Part shown: positions 9,435-18,323 of the stretch, one piece after another
Layout of the letters: every line of letters starts with the position of its first letter
How positions within the stretch are numbered: the first letter of the stretch is position 1
NCBI GenBank assembly: GCA_019637615.1
Contig: JAHBVJ010000003.1
Span: 217,485-281,484, forward strand
Reading direction: 5' to 3'
Source: Anaerolineae bacterium
GTDB lineage: Bacteria; Chloroflexota; Anaerolineae; Aggregatilineales; UBA2796
DNA: 64,000 nt
Program-made: the position numbers and the translations under genes
Notes under the pieces: generated by a model
Database searches by the model: none
The model's input: only the letters and a program-made list of their open reading frames with translations
What the model was told of the DNA's origin: nothing

Positions 9435-12167
9435 TTATCCCTCCAACCACTTCTTGATCTCGCCCGTGAGATCGGCTAAAGGAACCTTGACCACTGTGCA
9501 GGGGGGGAGGCTCTCCAAAAACTGCTTGCCATATTCCTTGCTGATCATACGCTTATCGAGGATGACGACTACGCCACGCTGCCCCGCCGTCCCGACCATG
9601 CGGCGTCCGAAGCCCTGCCGGAGCTTCAAAATCGCATCGGGAACCATAAACTCATTAAAACTGTTGTCGAAGGTTTCGCCACGCGTCGCCACTAGCGGAT
9701 CGGTGGGCACCGCAAACGGTAAGCGCGTGATGACTGTCGTGATCAGCTCGTCCGCGCTGAACTGTGCCTCGTCCCAGAAGCTACGACTGCCGAGCAAGAC
9801 GGCGCGTTCGGTGCTGCGGAAGCCTTCCATCAGGCTTTGCTGCGTGGTGCCGTCGGACTGGTCGAAGACGGTGATATTGCCGAGCGCTAACCGTGCCGCG
9901 ATGTTCTGCGCGGACTGACGGAGCTGTGTGAAGCTGGTGAACAGTCCGAGCAACCGTCCGTTGGTCGCCGTCGCCAGCTCGATGATGATGCGTTCCAAAC
10001 TGCGCTGGTAACGTTCGCGCTCGGTCGGTTCGGGCATGTCGGTGGGCAGCAGCAGCAGTGTCGATTGCTGATAGTCGTGCTGGTTGGTGATCAACACTTC
10101 ACCCACCTGATCGCGCGGGGCGGTGAAGCGTTCGCGCACATATTCGAACGAGTTGGTGACCCGCAGCGTAGGGCTGATCAGGATGGTGGTCTGCTTGGCT
10201 GACCACAAATACTGCTGAATCATCTTGCCGACCTGAATCGGCGCGGCAAGGATGGACAGCCGGAAGTTATCGCGGGCGAATTCGAACCAGTAGGCGGTAT
10301 TTTCGTGCGGGGCAATGAAGCAGGCTTGCAAGTCGGATTGCAGCGTTTTCAGGTACTGTGCTGCCGCGTCGGTGCCCGCGATCAGGTCTTCCAGATCAGC
10401 GATCACGTATCTGCCGCGCAAGGTGACTAACTGGCTCGACAAGCGTTCCAAGGCGGCGGTGATGGTATCCGTGAACTCGCTAAGTACGCTGAACGCCTCA
10501 CGCACGGGGCCAAAGGCCGAATGGTTGCGCAGATTCTTGTTGAGCCGCACGAAGACCACGAACTCGGTGTTGCTGAGGTGATCGGTGGCTTCTAGGCAGG
10601 CATAGATGGCTTTGAACAGCGCATCGACGTGATGATCCATCGAGGTGATGGCGGCGGCGACGTTAGCGATAAAGCGGTTTAACTGCTCGAACTGCTTGGG
10701 CTGGATGGTGGCCTGCAGGCTGCTGATCACGTTGCCGAGCAGTCCGCGCCGTCCCGTGCCCATGTCTGCCAGACGGGTCTTGATGGTGCTGGCTTCGATG
10801 CGGGAACGCAGCCCCGCCGTGATCGTCTCTTCCAGCGCGTGCGCCCCGTCGATGATCACGCGCGAATAGGGCGGCAGCACCACACCATCGGCTTCCGCGT
10901 CGGCAATCAGCAAGCCATGCTCCGCCACGACCAGATGCGCGCTATCGGCGGTGCGACGTGCCTTGTAAAAGGGACATACGCCGTTCATCTGCGCTTCGCA
11001 GCGGTCTAGCGTACAGGCTTCGTCCTGTGCGCTGAGGCGTGCCCACGCGGCGTACTCGCCGGGGCCTCGCAGGGAAATGTGATCGCGGTCGCCCGCTTCT
11101 TCTCCGAACAAATACAGCGCGGCGAGGATTTTGCCCAAAACGCGCAGTTCTTCGATGCTGGTGGGCAACCGCTGACGCAACACCCGCAGCCGTCCGGGGC
11201 AAAGATAGTGTTGGCGACTTTTGAGGTAGCTGATTTGCGCACCCGCTGGCAGCGAGTCGGGATGATAGTGCAGTTCGCCGTCGGGTGTGGCGATCAGCAC
11301 GCGTTCGCCGTTTTGCTGTGCCCATGCCAGCGCCGGACGCAAATATCCGGGCACGGCGTCCAGCCCATCGCCGACCTCGATCAGTAACGACTGATTATTG
11401 TTAAAAGCCGTCGTCACGGCGTCGGCAAGTTCATGCTGGGGCACAGACAGCCCCTCTGTCGGCACGGACAAGGGCGTGAGCGTGGCGGCAGGTTGCAGCG
11501 GCGCGGTGGTCGGGACGGGCAGCGCGAACAGATCGCCAATCGATTTAGGCGGTAAGGTTGGCTCGTTCGGTTCGCGGATCGCTAAGGCTTCCTTAAACGG
11601 CAAAATCCCACGCCAGTTGAATTCCTGCGCGATGTTGACGATCTCGCGAATAAGTTCGAGCGGGATGGTGTGCGCCAACTGCCGCCACAACACCATGTAC
11701 ACGCGCGCGGTCGCCATCGCGTCGGCCAGCGCGCGGTGATAGCTGCCATCGGGTTGGAGCTGTAGTTCTTGCATCAAGGCATTCAGATTGTAGCGCGGTG
11801 TGGTGGGCAGCAGCACCGAGGCCATCTCGTAGGTGTCGATGGCGGGGCTGTTCTTGAGCGCGCCCGCTTTGTTCAGAAAACGTAGATCGAAGTCGATGTT
11901 GTGCCCCAAAATGATGGCGTCGCCCGCGAACTCCTTGAAGCGCGGCAGTACGTCATTCAGCTTGGGCGCGCCGATCAAGTCCTCCTGACGGATGCCCGTG
12001 ATCGAGGTGATGCGGGCAGGCAGCGGCATTCCGGGGTCAACCAGCGTAGTGAACGTCTCTATGATCTCATCATCGCGGAATTTGACCGCCCCGATTTCAA
12101 TGATTTGCGCATCGGAAACGTCGAGACCTGTCGTTTCCAAATCAACCGCGACGATTACGCCGCGCAT
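9435..12167 (-). CDS. DnaQ-like 3'-5' exonuclease fused to a DinG/XPD-family helicase-like domain (ATPase motifs degenerate)
   Basis: 910 aa. Exo motifs are present: VAVDLETTGL, GHNIDFDLRFL, HRALADAMAT. Four Cys (C323, C385, C390, C398) sit where the XPD-type Fe-S cluster lies. C-terminal FW..., RLPF, QGFGR motifs are present, but Walker A reads VGDGLDAV and the DEAH box reads DGAH. Confidence 0.9.
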   Translation of the reverse strand: MRGVIVAVDLETTGLDVSDAQIIEIGAVKFRDDEIIETFTTLVDPGMPLPARITSITGIRQEDLIGAPKLNDVLPRFKEFAGDAIILGHNIDFDLRFLNKAGALKNSPAIDTYEMASVLLPTTPRYNLNALMQELQLQPDGSYHRALADAMATARVYMVLWRQLAHTIPLELIREIVNIAQEFNWRGILPFKEALAIREPNEPTLPPKSIGDLFALPVPTTAPLQPAATLTPLSVPTEGLSVPQHELADAVTTAFNNNQSLLIEVGDGLDAVPGYLRPALAWAQQNGERVLIATPDGELHYHPDSLPAGAQISYLKSRQHYLCPGRLRVLRQRLPTSIEELRVLGKILAALYLFGEEAGDRDHISLRGPGEYAAWARLSAQDEACTLDRCEAQMNGVCPFYKARRTADSAHLVVAEHGLLIADAEADGVVLPPYSRVIIDGAHALEETITAGLRSRIEASTIKTRLADMGTGRRGLLGNVISSLQATIQPKQFEQLNRFIANVAAAITSMDHHVDALFKAIYACLEATDHLSNTEFVVFVRLNKNLRNHSAFGPVREAFSVLSEFTDTITAALERLSSQLVTLRGRYVIADLEDLIAGTDAAAQYLKTLQSDLQACFIAPHENTAYWFEFARDNFRLSILAAPIQVGKMIQQYLWSAKQTTILISPTLRVTNSFEYVRERFTAPRDQVGEVLITNQHDYQQSTLLLLPTDMPEPTERERYQRSLERIIIELATATNGRLLGLFTSFTQLRQSAQNIAARLALGNITVFDQSDGTTQQSLMEGFRSTERAVLLGSRSFWDEAQFSADELITTVITRLPFAVPTDPLVATRGETFDNSFNEFMVPDAILKLRQGFGRRMVGTAGQRGVVVILDKRMISKEYGKQFLESLPPCTVVKVPLADLTGEIKKWLEG

Positions 12168-12249
12168 AGTGGCTCCGATCTATCAATGACCCATTGAACA
12201 TGGCATACGGCGGAGTCGCCTGCCGCAATGGGCTGTGAATAAAGCTGAC

Positions 12250-12705
12250 TTATGGGTTTTTGTTGGTTTCGAAGGCGCGTATCTTCTCGAAACGGCGGAT
12301 AAAGCGTTCCTCGTTCTTGAAATTGGCATTCAGGAAGGCTTGCACGATCTCGCGCGCCAATTCCACCCCGACGATGCGCGCACCGATGCACAACACGTTC
12401 ATCTTATCGTGCTCGACGCCCTGATGCGCGCTGTACGTATCGTGGCACAACCCCGCATAGATGCCTGTGAATTTATTTGCCGCGATGGAAACGCCGACCC
12501 CGCTGCCACACACCAAGATGCCGCGTTCGACCTCTTTATTGAGGATAGCATGAGCGACCTTTTCGGCATAATCGGGATAGTCGCTCGGCACGAGGGCGGT
12601 ATCTGAGCCGAGATCAACGACATCTACATTCTGCTTTTGCAAGAAAGCGAGGAGAGACTGTTTCAGTTCATAACCAGCGTGATCGCCCGCTAACGCAATT
12701 TTCAT
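12250..12705 (-). CDS. rpiB: Ribose-5-phosphate isomerase B
   Basis: Start at ATG 12705 (AAGGA SD) gives MKIALAGDHAGYELKQ...; CGSGVGVSIAANK motif; about 151 aa, typical RpiB/LacAB length. Confidence 0.9.
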   Translation of the reverse strand: MKIALAGDHAGYELKQSLLAFLQKQNVDVVDLGSDTALVPSDYPDYAEKVAHAILNKEVERGILVCGSGVGVSIAANKFTGIYAGLCHDTYSAHQGVEHDKMNVLCIGARIVGVELAREIVQAFLNANFKNEERFIRRFEKIRAFETNKNP

Positions 12706-12779
12706 AGTAATCCTTAACCAGACTTCATTGATGCAGTGAATAAGGGGTAAGTCATGCAACCCACCCCTTGCGTACTAAG

Positions 12780-14822
12780 TTACTTACCGAGCAGCGCCTT
12801 AGCAGCGCTGACCACCGCTCCCGACGTGATGCCGAGGTGTTCATAGACGGTTTCGTAGGGGCCGGACGCGCCGAAGCGATCCAGCGCGATGATCGTGCCG
12901 TGAGCGCCCGTCCACTCGTGCCAGCCGAAGGGCGAGGCCGCTTCGATGGCAACGCGGGCGGTGATCGACGGTGGCAGGACTTGATCGCGGTAGCTCTTGT
13001 CCTGACGGCGGAACAGTTCCCAGCTTGGCATACTGACCACGCGTGCCTTGATGCCGGATTTGGCGAGTTCGTCACGCGCCGCCATCGCTAGGCTGACTTC
13101 GGAACCTGTCGAGAGCAGCAGGACATCGGGCGTGCCGCCTTCGGCCTCCGCGCGAATATAGGCTCCACGGCTGACACCTTCGATCACGCCGTCGGGCGCG
13201 TAGATAGGCAGTTTTTGGCGGGTGAAGACCAACACTGATGGTCCGGTTTGTTCCATCGCGGCTTTCCATGCGCCGACGGTCTCATTGGCATCGGCAGGAC
13301 GCAGCACCGTGATATGCGGGATCGCGCGTAAGGCCGCCAACTGTTCAATCGGTTGGTGGGTGGGGCCATCTTCGCCAACACCGATGCTGTCATGCGTGAA
13401 GATGAAGATCGGCCCGATGCCCATCAGACAGGCAAGGCGGATAGGCGGACGCATGTAATCCGAGAAGGGCATGAAGGTGGCTGTGTAGGGCTTGATGATG
13501 CCACCATGCAGCGTCAGCCCGTTGATGATCGCACCCATTGCGTGTTCACGCACGCCGAATTGCAGATTACGGGCGGTACGGTTGGTGGCAGAGAACAGCG
13601 GTTGACCCGCGATCAGTGTCTTGGTCGAGCCGGAAAGGTCAGCATCACCGCCGATCATGGTTGGGATGTGCTTGGCGATGGCATTCAGGGCAACGTTGTT
13701 GGCGTCACGGGTAGCGGTGGCTTTGCTGCCAGCAGGTTGCAAGGTGGCAGGGAGATCAGCGTCCCAACCAGCAGGCAGTTTGTTCGAGAAAGCCGCTTCG
13801 TACTGGGCGGCAAGGTCGGGATGCTCCGCCTTGTACTTTTTGAATAGATCATTCCATTCGGCTTCCCACTTTGCGCCGTTATCAATAGCGGCACGGAAAT
13901 GCTCCAAAGCCTCACCGGGGACGTAGAACTGCGCGTCTTCAGGCCAGCCGAGCGCCTTCTTGGTGAGCTTGACTTCTTCCGCGCCGAGCGGTTCGCCGTG
14001 CGCCTTATTGGTACCCTGCTTGTTGGGGCTGCCGAAGCCGATGATGGTGCGGACATCGATCAGGGTGGGGCGTTCGGTATCGCGCTTGGCGTCGGCAATC
14101 GCCTGTGCAACCTCTTCGACGTTATTGCCATCCGCGACGGAGATGACTTGCCACCCATAGGCCGTGTAGCGCGCCTTGACATCTTCGGTAAAGGCGGCGG
14201 CGGTGTCGTTGGAGAGCATGACTTTGTTGTCATCATACAACACGATCAGCTTGCCGAGTTTGAGATGCCCCGCAAGCGACGAAGCCTCGCTGGAAACGCC
14301 TTCCATCAGATCGCCGTCACTAGCGATGACGTATGTGTAGTGATCGACCACGTTGTAGCCGGGACGGTTGAAGGTGGCAGCGAGGAAGGCTTCCGCCCAC
14401 GCGAACCCGACCGCGTTGGAAATGCCCTGACCGAGCGGGCCGGTGGTCGTTTCCACACCAGCTTCACCATATTCAGGATGACCCGGTGTGTGACTGTCAT
14501 ACTGGCGGAACAGCTTGAGATCGTCCAAGGACAGATCGTAGCCCGTCAGGTGCAGCAGCGCATACAGCAGCATCGAGCCGTGACCCGCCGATAGTATGAA
14601 GCGGTCGCGGTTGTGCCAGCGTGGGCTGCGGGGATTATGATGTAGATAACGTGTCCACAGCGCGTAAGCCATCGGTGCGGCACCGAGCGGCAAGCCCGGA
14701 TGCCCTGAGTTGGCTTTCTGAACGGCGTCTACCGCCAAAAAGCGAATTGTGTTGACCGACAGTGTATCTAGAGCCGCACTGTCAATTGTGGGTGCAGTTG
14801 CCACGTTTCTTGCTCCGTTCAA
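12780..14822 (-). CDS. tkt: Transketolase
   Basis: 680 aa; [24 protein letters not shown], the ThDP motif region GDGDLMEG-like (SDGDLMEGV), and a C-terminal transketolase domain. TTG start with AAGG upstream. Confidence 0.95.
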   Translation of the reverse strand: MNGARNVATAPTIDSAALDTLSVNTIRFLAVDAVQKANSGHPGLPLGAAPMAYALWTRYLHHNPRSPRWHNRDRFILSAGHGSMLLYALLHLTGYDLSLDDLKLFRQYDSHTPGHPEYGEAGVETTTGPLGQGISNAVGFAWAEAFLAATFNRPGYNVVDHYTYVIASDGDLMEGVSSEASSLAGHLKLGKLIVLYDDNKVMLSNDTAAAFTEDVKARYTAYGWQVISVADGNNVEEVAQAIADAKRDTERPTLIDVRTIIGFGSPNKQGTNKAHGEPLGAEEVKLTKKALGWPEDAQFYVPGEALEHFRAAIDNGAKWEAEWNDLFKKYKAEHPDLAAQYEAAFSNKLPAGWDADLPATLQPAGSKATATRDANNVALNAIAKHIPTMIGGDADLSGSTKTLIAGQPLFSATNRTARNLQFGVREHAMGAIINGLTLHGGIIKPYTATFMPFSDYMRPPIRLACLMGIGPIFIFTHDSIGVGEDGPTHQPIEQLAALRAIPHITVLRPADANETVGAWKAAMEQTGPSVLVFTRQKLPIYAPDGVIEGVSRGAYIRAEAEGGTPDVLLLSTGSEVSLAMAARDELAKSGIKARVVSMPSWELFRRQDKSYRDQVLPPSITARVAIEAASPFGWHEWTGAHGTIIALDRFGASGPYETVYEHLGITSGAVVSAAKALLGK

Positions 14823-15357
14823 TAGACCTTATATACCTGCGGTTAATTATAGCCATAAAAGTATCGAAGTGCGGCGGGATGTGATTCTTACCGATGGTTG
14901 AGCGTGGGCATGATCCCCACACCAATGACGCCACGAGAAGCGTGAGGATTAGTAGGATCGACCATGTTTCGTGATTCCGGAAAAGACCAGCGTCGAGAAA
15001 TGCTGAATTCATCCAAGCTTCTTGGTTTTGATGGTAGTAACGCGTAACGCGGCCTAGTCTGCACGACTCATTCGTCAAACGCATCAGTGCAGCCTTACCT
15101 TCATTACGACAGAGAATTTCATAAGCAAGAGCGCGTTGATGGGTACGCAAAAGTTTCCGAGGTTCAGATCACCTAAACTGCCAAAATGATCCTTTTCACA
15201 TATTAAGAATGCAGTAAGAACTGACAACCTGTTACGATTACGCGTTCACTGCATAAGCTGTCTTTACTGACCTATCTTCCACTCTCCATCCCCTAATTTA
15301 TCGCTAAAGCGTTGGTTGCGCTGTTAGAAAAATGCGCTAAGATTCGTAGAACAAGCG

Positions 15358-15370
15358 AGTGAAATTCACT
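15358..15370. promoter_or_regulatory. Small palindrome AGTGAA-A-TTCACT abutting the -35 box of the ABC-2 operon promoter
   Basis: 6-bp arms read directly. Confidence 0.35.
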
Positions 15371-15372
15371 TG

Positions 15373-15401
15373 TTGACAAAATGCGCAGTTGATCATATGA
15401 T
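15373..15401 (+). promoter_or_regulatory. Sigma-70-type promoter of the ABC-2 transporter operon
   Basis: TTGACA (15373-15378), exactly 17 nt of spacer, then TATGAT (15396-15401). It sits at the end of a 550-bp AT-rich gap. Confidence 0.6.
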
Positions 15402-15404
15402 CAA
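15389..15404. promoter_or_regulatory. Perfect 16-bp palindrome overlapping the -10 box (candidate operator)
   Basis: TTGATCATATGATCAA is self-complementary and covers TATGAT. Confidence 0.5.
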
Positions 15405-15435
15405 TTTTGCAAGCAGAAGAAAGCGGGAGGGGCTG

Positions 15436-16407
15436 TTGAACGCGGTAGAAGTCAATCATTTACGTCGCATCTTTACACCCACTGTTGGTGTAATACGTCG
15501 GCAGAAAAAAGAAGTTGTAGCGGTCAACGATATTTCCTTCGATGTGCGCCCCGGCGAATTGTTCGGGCTGTTGGGGCCGAACGGGGCGGGCAAGACGACC
15601 ACTACCAAAATGCTCACTACACTGCTGATCCCTACCAGCGGCAATGCCTATATTCTGGGCATGGATGTGGTCGAGCAGGCGGAAGCACTGCGGTCGCGGA
15701 TCGGGTTCATCTTCGGCGGCGAACGCGGTCTGTACTGGCGTTTGACGGCGGAACAGAATTTGCGGTACTTCGCCAGCCTGTACAATGTCGATCCGTCGGT
15801 GGCGAAAACACGCATCCCGTACGTGCTGGAATTGGTTGGCCTGAAAGACCGCGCCAACGAGAAGATCGAGGGCTATTCGCGCGGGATGAAGCAGCGGCTG
15901 CACATTGCCCGAACCCTGCTGCATAATCCGGAAATCTTGTTCCTCGATGAGCCAACCATCGGCCTTGATCCGGTCGGGGCACGCGAACTGCGGGCGATTG
16001 TCCGTACCCTGCAAGCCGAGAAGAAGACGATCCTCCTCACGACCCATTACATGCTCGAAGCGGATGAATTGTGCCAGCGCATCGCCGTGATCAATCACGG
16101 ACGCATCATCGCACTGGATACGCCGGAAGGGTTGAAGAAGAACGTTAGCGACCTGTCGGTGATCGAGCTGGATGTGGCGGGGATTCTGCCGGATACACTG
16201 GACAAGATCAAAGCGCAGCCGGGTATCGAGACCGTCTCGGTGGAAGATCACGACCAGAAGCAAACGATGGTAATCCACTCGCCACGCGGCTCGGAAGCCG
16301 TACCTGACCTGATGAACTGCCTGATGGGATTGAAAATTGGCAAGGTGATCGTACGCGAACCGACGCTGGAAGACGCTTACGTGCGCTTGGTGGAGGGGGA
16401 AGTATGA
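15436..16407 (+). CDS. ABC transporter ATP-binding protein (ABC-2 / DrrA-like exporter ATPase)
   Basis: Walker A GPNGAGKTTT, signature YSRGMKQRL, Walker B LFLDEPT. The start is placed at TTG 15436 after GGGAGGGG, because the ORF-track start 15370 lies upstream of the promoter. ATGA overlap with the next gene. Confidence 0.9.
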   Translation: MNAVEVNHLRRIFTPTVGVIRRQKKEVVAVNDISFDVRPGELFGLLGPNGAGKTTTTKMLTTLLIPTSGNAYILGMDVVEQAEALRSRIGFIFGGERGLYWRLTAEQNLRYFASLYNVDPSVAKTRIPYVLELVGLKDRANEKIEGYSRGMKQRLHIARTLLHNPEILFLDEPTIGLDPVGARELRAIVRTLQAEKKTILLTTHYMLEADELCQRIAVINHGRIIALDTPEGLKKNVSDLSVIELDVAGILPDTLDKIKAQPGIETVSVEDHDQKQTMVIHSPRGSEAVPDLMNCLMGLKIGKVIVREPTLEDAYVRLVEGEV

Positions 16408-17201
16408 TCAAACTTTCGCTTCAACAGCAAGTACGCATCATCCTGATCACGGCGGAAATGTATTTCCGACAGGCGGCGACTGACCTATTCGTCATTTTTG
16501 CCGTGATCATCCAACCGATGATCATCGCGCTGCTGGCGCTGTACATGCTGCGCGGGACAGACAACGGTGAGGCGATTTTCGTCGTGGTCGGCAGTTCGCT
16601 CACGGGGTTGTGGAGCGGGGTGCTGTTCATGGGCGGCAACAGCATCACACAGGAGCGCTGGACGGGTACGCTAGAGCATATTGTGGCGGTGCCCGTGCCG
16701 CTGGTGTTGATCACGTTCGGCAAGAACCTCGCCAATGTCGTGCAGTCACTGCTGTCGATGGCGGTGGCCTACGCACTGGCGATGCTGCTATTCGGCTATT
16801 CACTGCAAATTACTCAGCCTGTCCTGTTCGTGATCTCGCTGCTGTTCACGGTGTTCTCCTTTGTGTCGTTCGGGCTGCTACTGGCTCCGATCTTCATGGT
16901 CAATCCATCGATCCAGAACTTGCAAAATGGGTTGGAGTTCCCGATCTACATCCTCGCGGGGTTCATGTTCCCGGTGGCGCTGCTGCCGAATTGGACGACG
17001 CCGTTCTCGTATCTGCTGGCTCCGTATTGGGCAGCACGGGCACTGCACGCGACCTCAAGCGGCAATGCAGCGTTCGGGGAAGTGGCGCTCAGTTGGGGCA
17101 TGATGCTGTTATGGGGCGCGGTGTACTTGGTGATTTCGAGCGTGCTGTTCCGTGTGATGATGCGCAAGGCACGTATCGATGCCACGCTGGATATGCAGTA
17201 A
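16404..17201 (+). CDS. ABC-2 type transporter permease (first of two)
   Basis: 265 aa, about six hydrophobic helices, translationally coupled to the ATPase (4-bp overlap). Confidence 0.8.
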   Translation: MIKLSLQQQVRIILITAEMYFRQAATDLFVIFAVIIQPMIIALLALYMLRGTDNGEAIFVVVGSSLTGLWSGVLFMGGNSITQERWTGTLEHIVAVPVPLVLITFGKNLANVVQSLLSMAVAYALAMLLFGYSLQITQPVLFVISLLFTVFSFVSFGLLLAPIFMVNPSIQNLQNGLEFPIYILAGFMFPVALLPNWTTPFSYLLAPYWAARALHATSSGNAAFGEVALSWGMMLLWGAVYLVISSVLFRVMMRKARIDATLDMQ

Positions 17202-17243
17202 GTGCTAAGTGCTAAGTGCTAAGTGCTAAGTGCTAAGTGCTAA
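17202..17243. repeat. Heptanucleotide tandem repeat (GTGCTAA) x6
   Basis: Six perfect head-to-tail copies begin immediately after the TAA stop of permease 1. The stop plus the preceding G forms a partial seventh copy. Confidence 0.97.
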
Positions 17244-17331
17244 GTCTGGTAGAGCGTACTTGTGGGTGAGTTGCCTGTCAACTCGATTCCTAACTTGCTA
17301 ATTCCTATCTGCCATAGTTAGATGCTCCGGT

Positions 17332-17363
17332 GTCAGTTATCACTGGGCGCGGTGATGACTGAC
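17332..17363 (+). promoter_or_regulatory. Strong stem-loop in the permease1-permease2 spacer (12-bp stem, one G-U)
   Basis: GTCAGTTATCAC-tgggcgcg-GTGATGACTGAC. A second 7-bp stem GCATCGG...CCGATGC follows at 17371-17401. Confidence 0.5.
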
Positions 17364-17422
17364 ATCCGGCGCATCGGCGGGCATGATTTTGTATCCGATG
17401 CACTCAATGCGGAGAGAGCACG

Positions 17423-18271
17423 ATGAGCGATATAACCGTTGATCTACCAATGGCGGGGAGACCATCCATTGGCAAAACGTTGTTCAATAACGCGCGGTTG
17501 TTTTGGCAAGGCGCGTATTTGTCGTATGTCGCAATGTTCCATTGGTTGGAACCCCAAGTTTATCTCGCCTCTAAAATCTTGATGCCGATCAGCCAGATCA
17601 TGTTCTTCAGCCTGCTCGGTATGTACGCCAGCAAGACGACCGATCCGACCTTCTACGTGATCGGCAACGCGATCCAGATGGTGGCGATCAATGGCATTTT
17701 CGGCGTGACGATGAGCGTCGGTGGCGATCGATGGAGCGGTACGTTGCCGTATCTGTTCGGGAGTCCCGCGAATCGGCTGACGCTGTTCATCGGACGCGCC
17801 ATCGTGCATGTGCTGGATGGGGCGCTCGGCGCGGTACTAGGGCTGGTATGGGGCGTGCTGATCCTGAAGCTGGATTTGTCTCACGCGAATCTCGGTTTGC
17901 TGGCGCTGACCATCATCATTACGACGTTCAGCACATCGGCGCTCGGCTTGCTGCTCGGCTGTTTGAGCCTGATCACCGTCAACGTGATGTTCATCAATAA
18001 TACAGTTTACTTTTTGCTGCTGATCTTTTCTGGCGCGAATTTGCCACTCAGTCAGCAACCGATGTGGATGCAAACGATCTCGCAATTCTTGCCGCTGACG
18101 CGCGGCATCGCGTCGGCACGCCTCATCATTGCGGGTGGCAACGCAGATGAAGCGCTGCCTCTGGTGGCAGCCGAGTTTCTCATCGGCGTAATGTACATCG
18201 TGTTGGGGTATGTGTTCTTCCGGTGGTTCGAGTTCCACGCCAAACAGCGCGGCACGCTGGAAGGGGTCTAG
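17423..18271 (+). CDS. ABC-2 type transporter permease (second of two)
   Basis: 282 aa, multi-TM, same strand as the ATPase and permease 1; GGAGAGAG upstream of ATG. Confidence 0.8.
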   Translation: MSDITVDLPMAGRPSIGKTLFNNARLFWQGAYLSYVAMFHWLEPQVYLASKILMPISQIMFFSLLGMYASKTTDPTFYVIGNAIQMVAINGIFGVTMSVGGDRWSGTLPYLFGSPANRLTLFIGRAIVHVLDGALGAVLGLVWGVLILKLDLSHANLGLLALTIIITTFSTSALGLLLGCLSLITVNVMFINNTVYFLLLIFSGANLPLSQQPMWMQTISQFLPLTRGIASARLIIAGGNADEALPLVAAEFLIGVMYIVLGYVFFRWFEFHAKQRGTLEGV

Positions 18272-18286
18272 CGAATAATACGGATC

Positions 18287-18313
18287 GGGATGTGGCGTTC
18301 GCAGGCACATCCC
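18287..18313. terminator. Stem-loop between the convergent permease and REC-HK genes
   Basis: GGGATGTG-N11-CACATCCC, 8-bp stem; weak T-run (AATTTCC) after it. Confidence 0.45.
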
Positions 18314-18323
18314 AATTTCCGCG

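Noticed and set aside
14782-15150. 122-aa minus-strand ORF with one hydrophobic segment in the AT-rich island
   Set aside because: TTG start without an SD, a 41-bp overlap with the tkt start in another frame, and only a vague resemblance to sigma-factor region 4. Treated as non-coding or a decayed remnant.
15370-15435. ORF-track start of the ABC ATPase at TTG 15370
   Set aside because: It lies upstream of and across the TTGACA-17-TATGAT promoter. The downstream TTG 15436 has an SD and gives a canonical distance to Walker A.
17202-17243. The heptamer AGTGCTAA resembles the right half-site of the HrcA CIRCE operator (GAGTGCTAA)
   Set aside because: The copies are direct repeats with no inverted TTAGCACTC partner at N9 spacing, and the site is not near a chaperone promoter. 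Judged coincidental.
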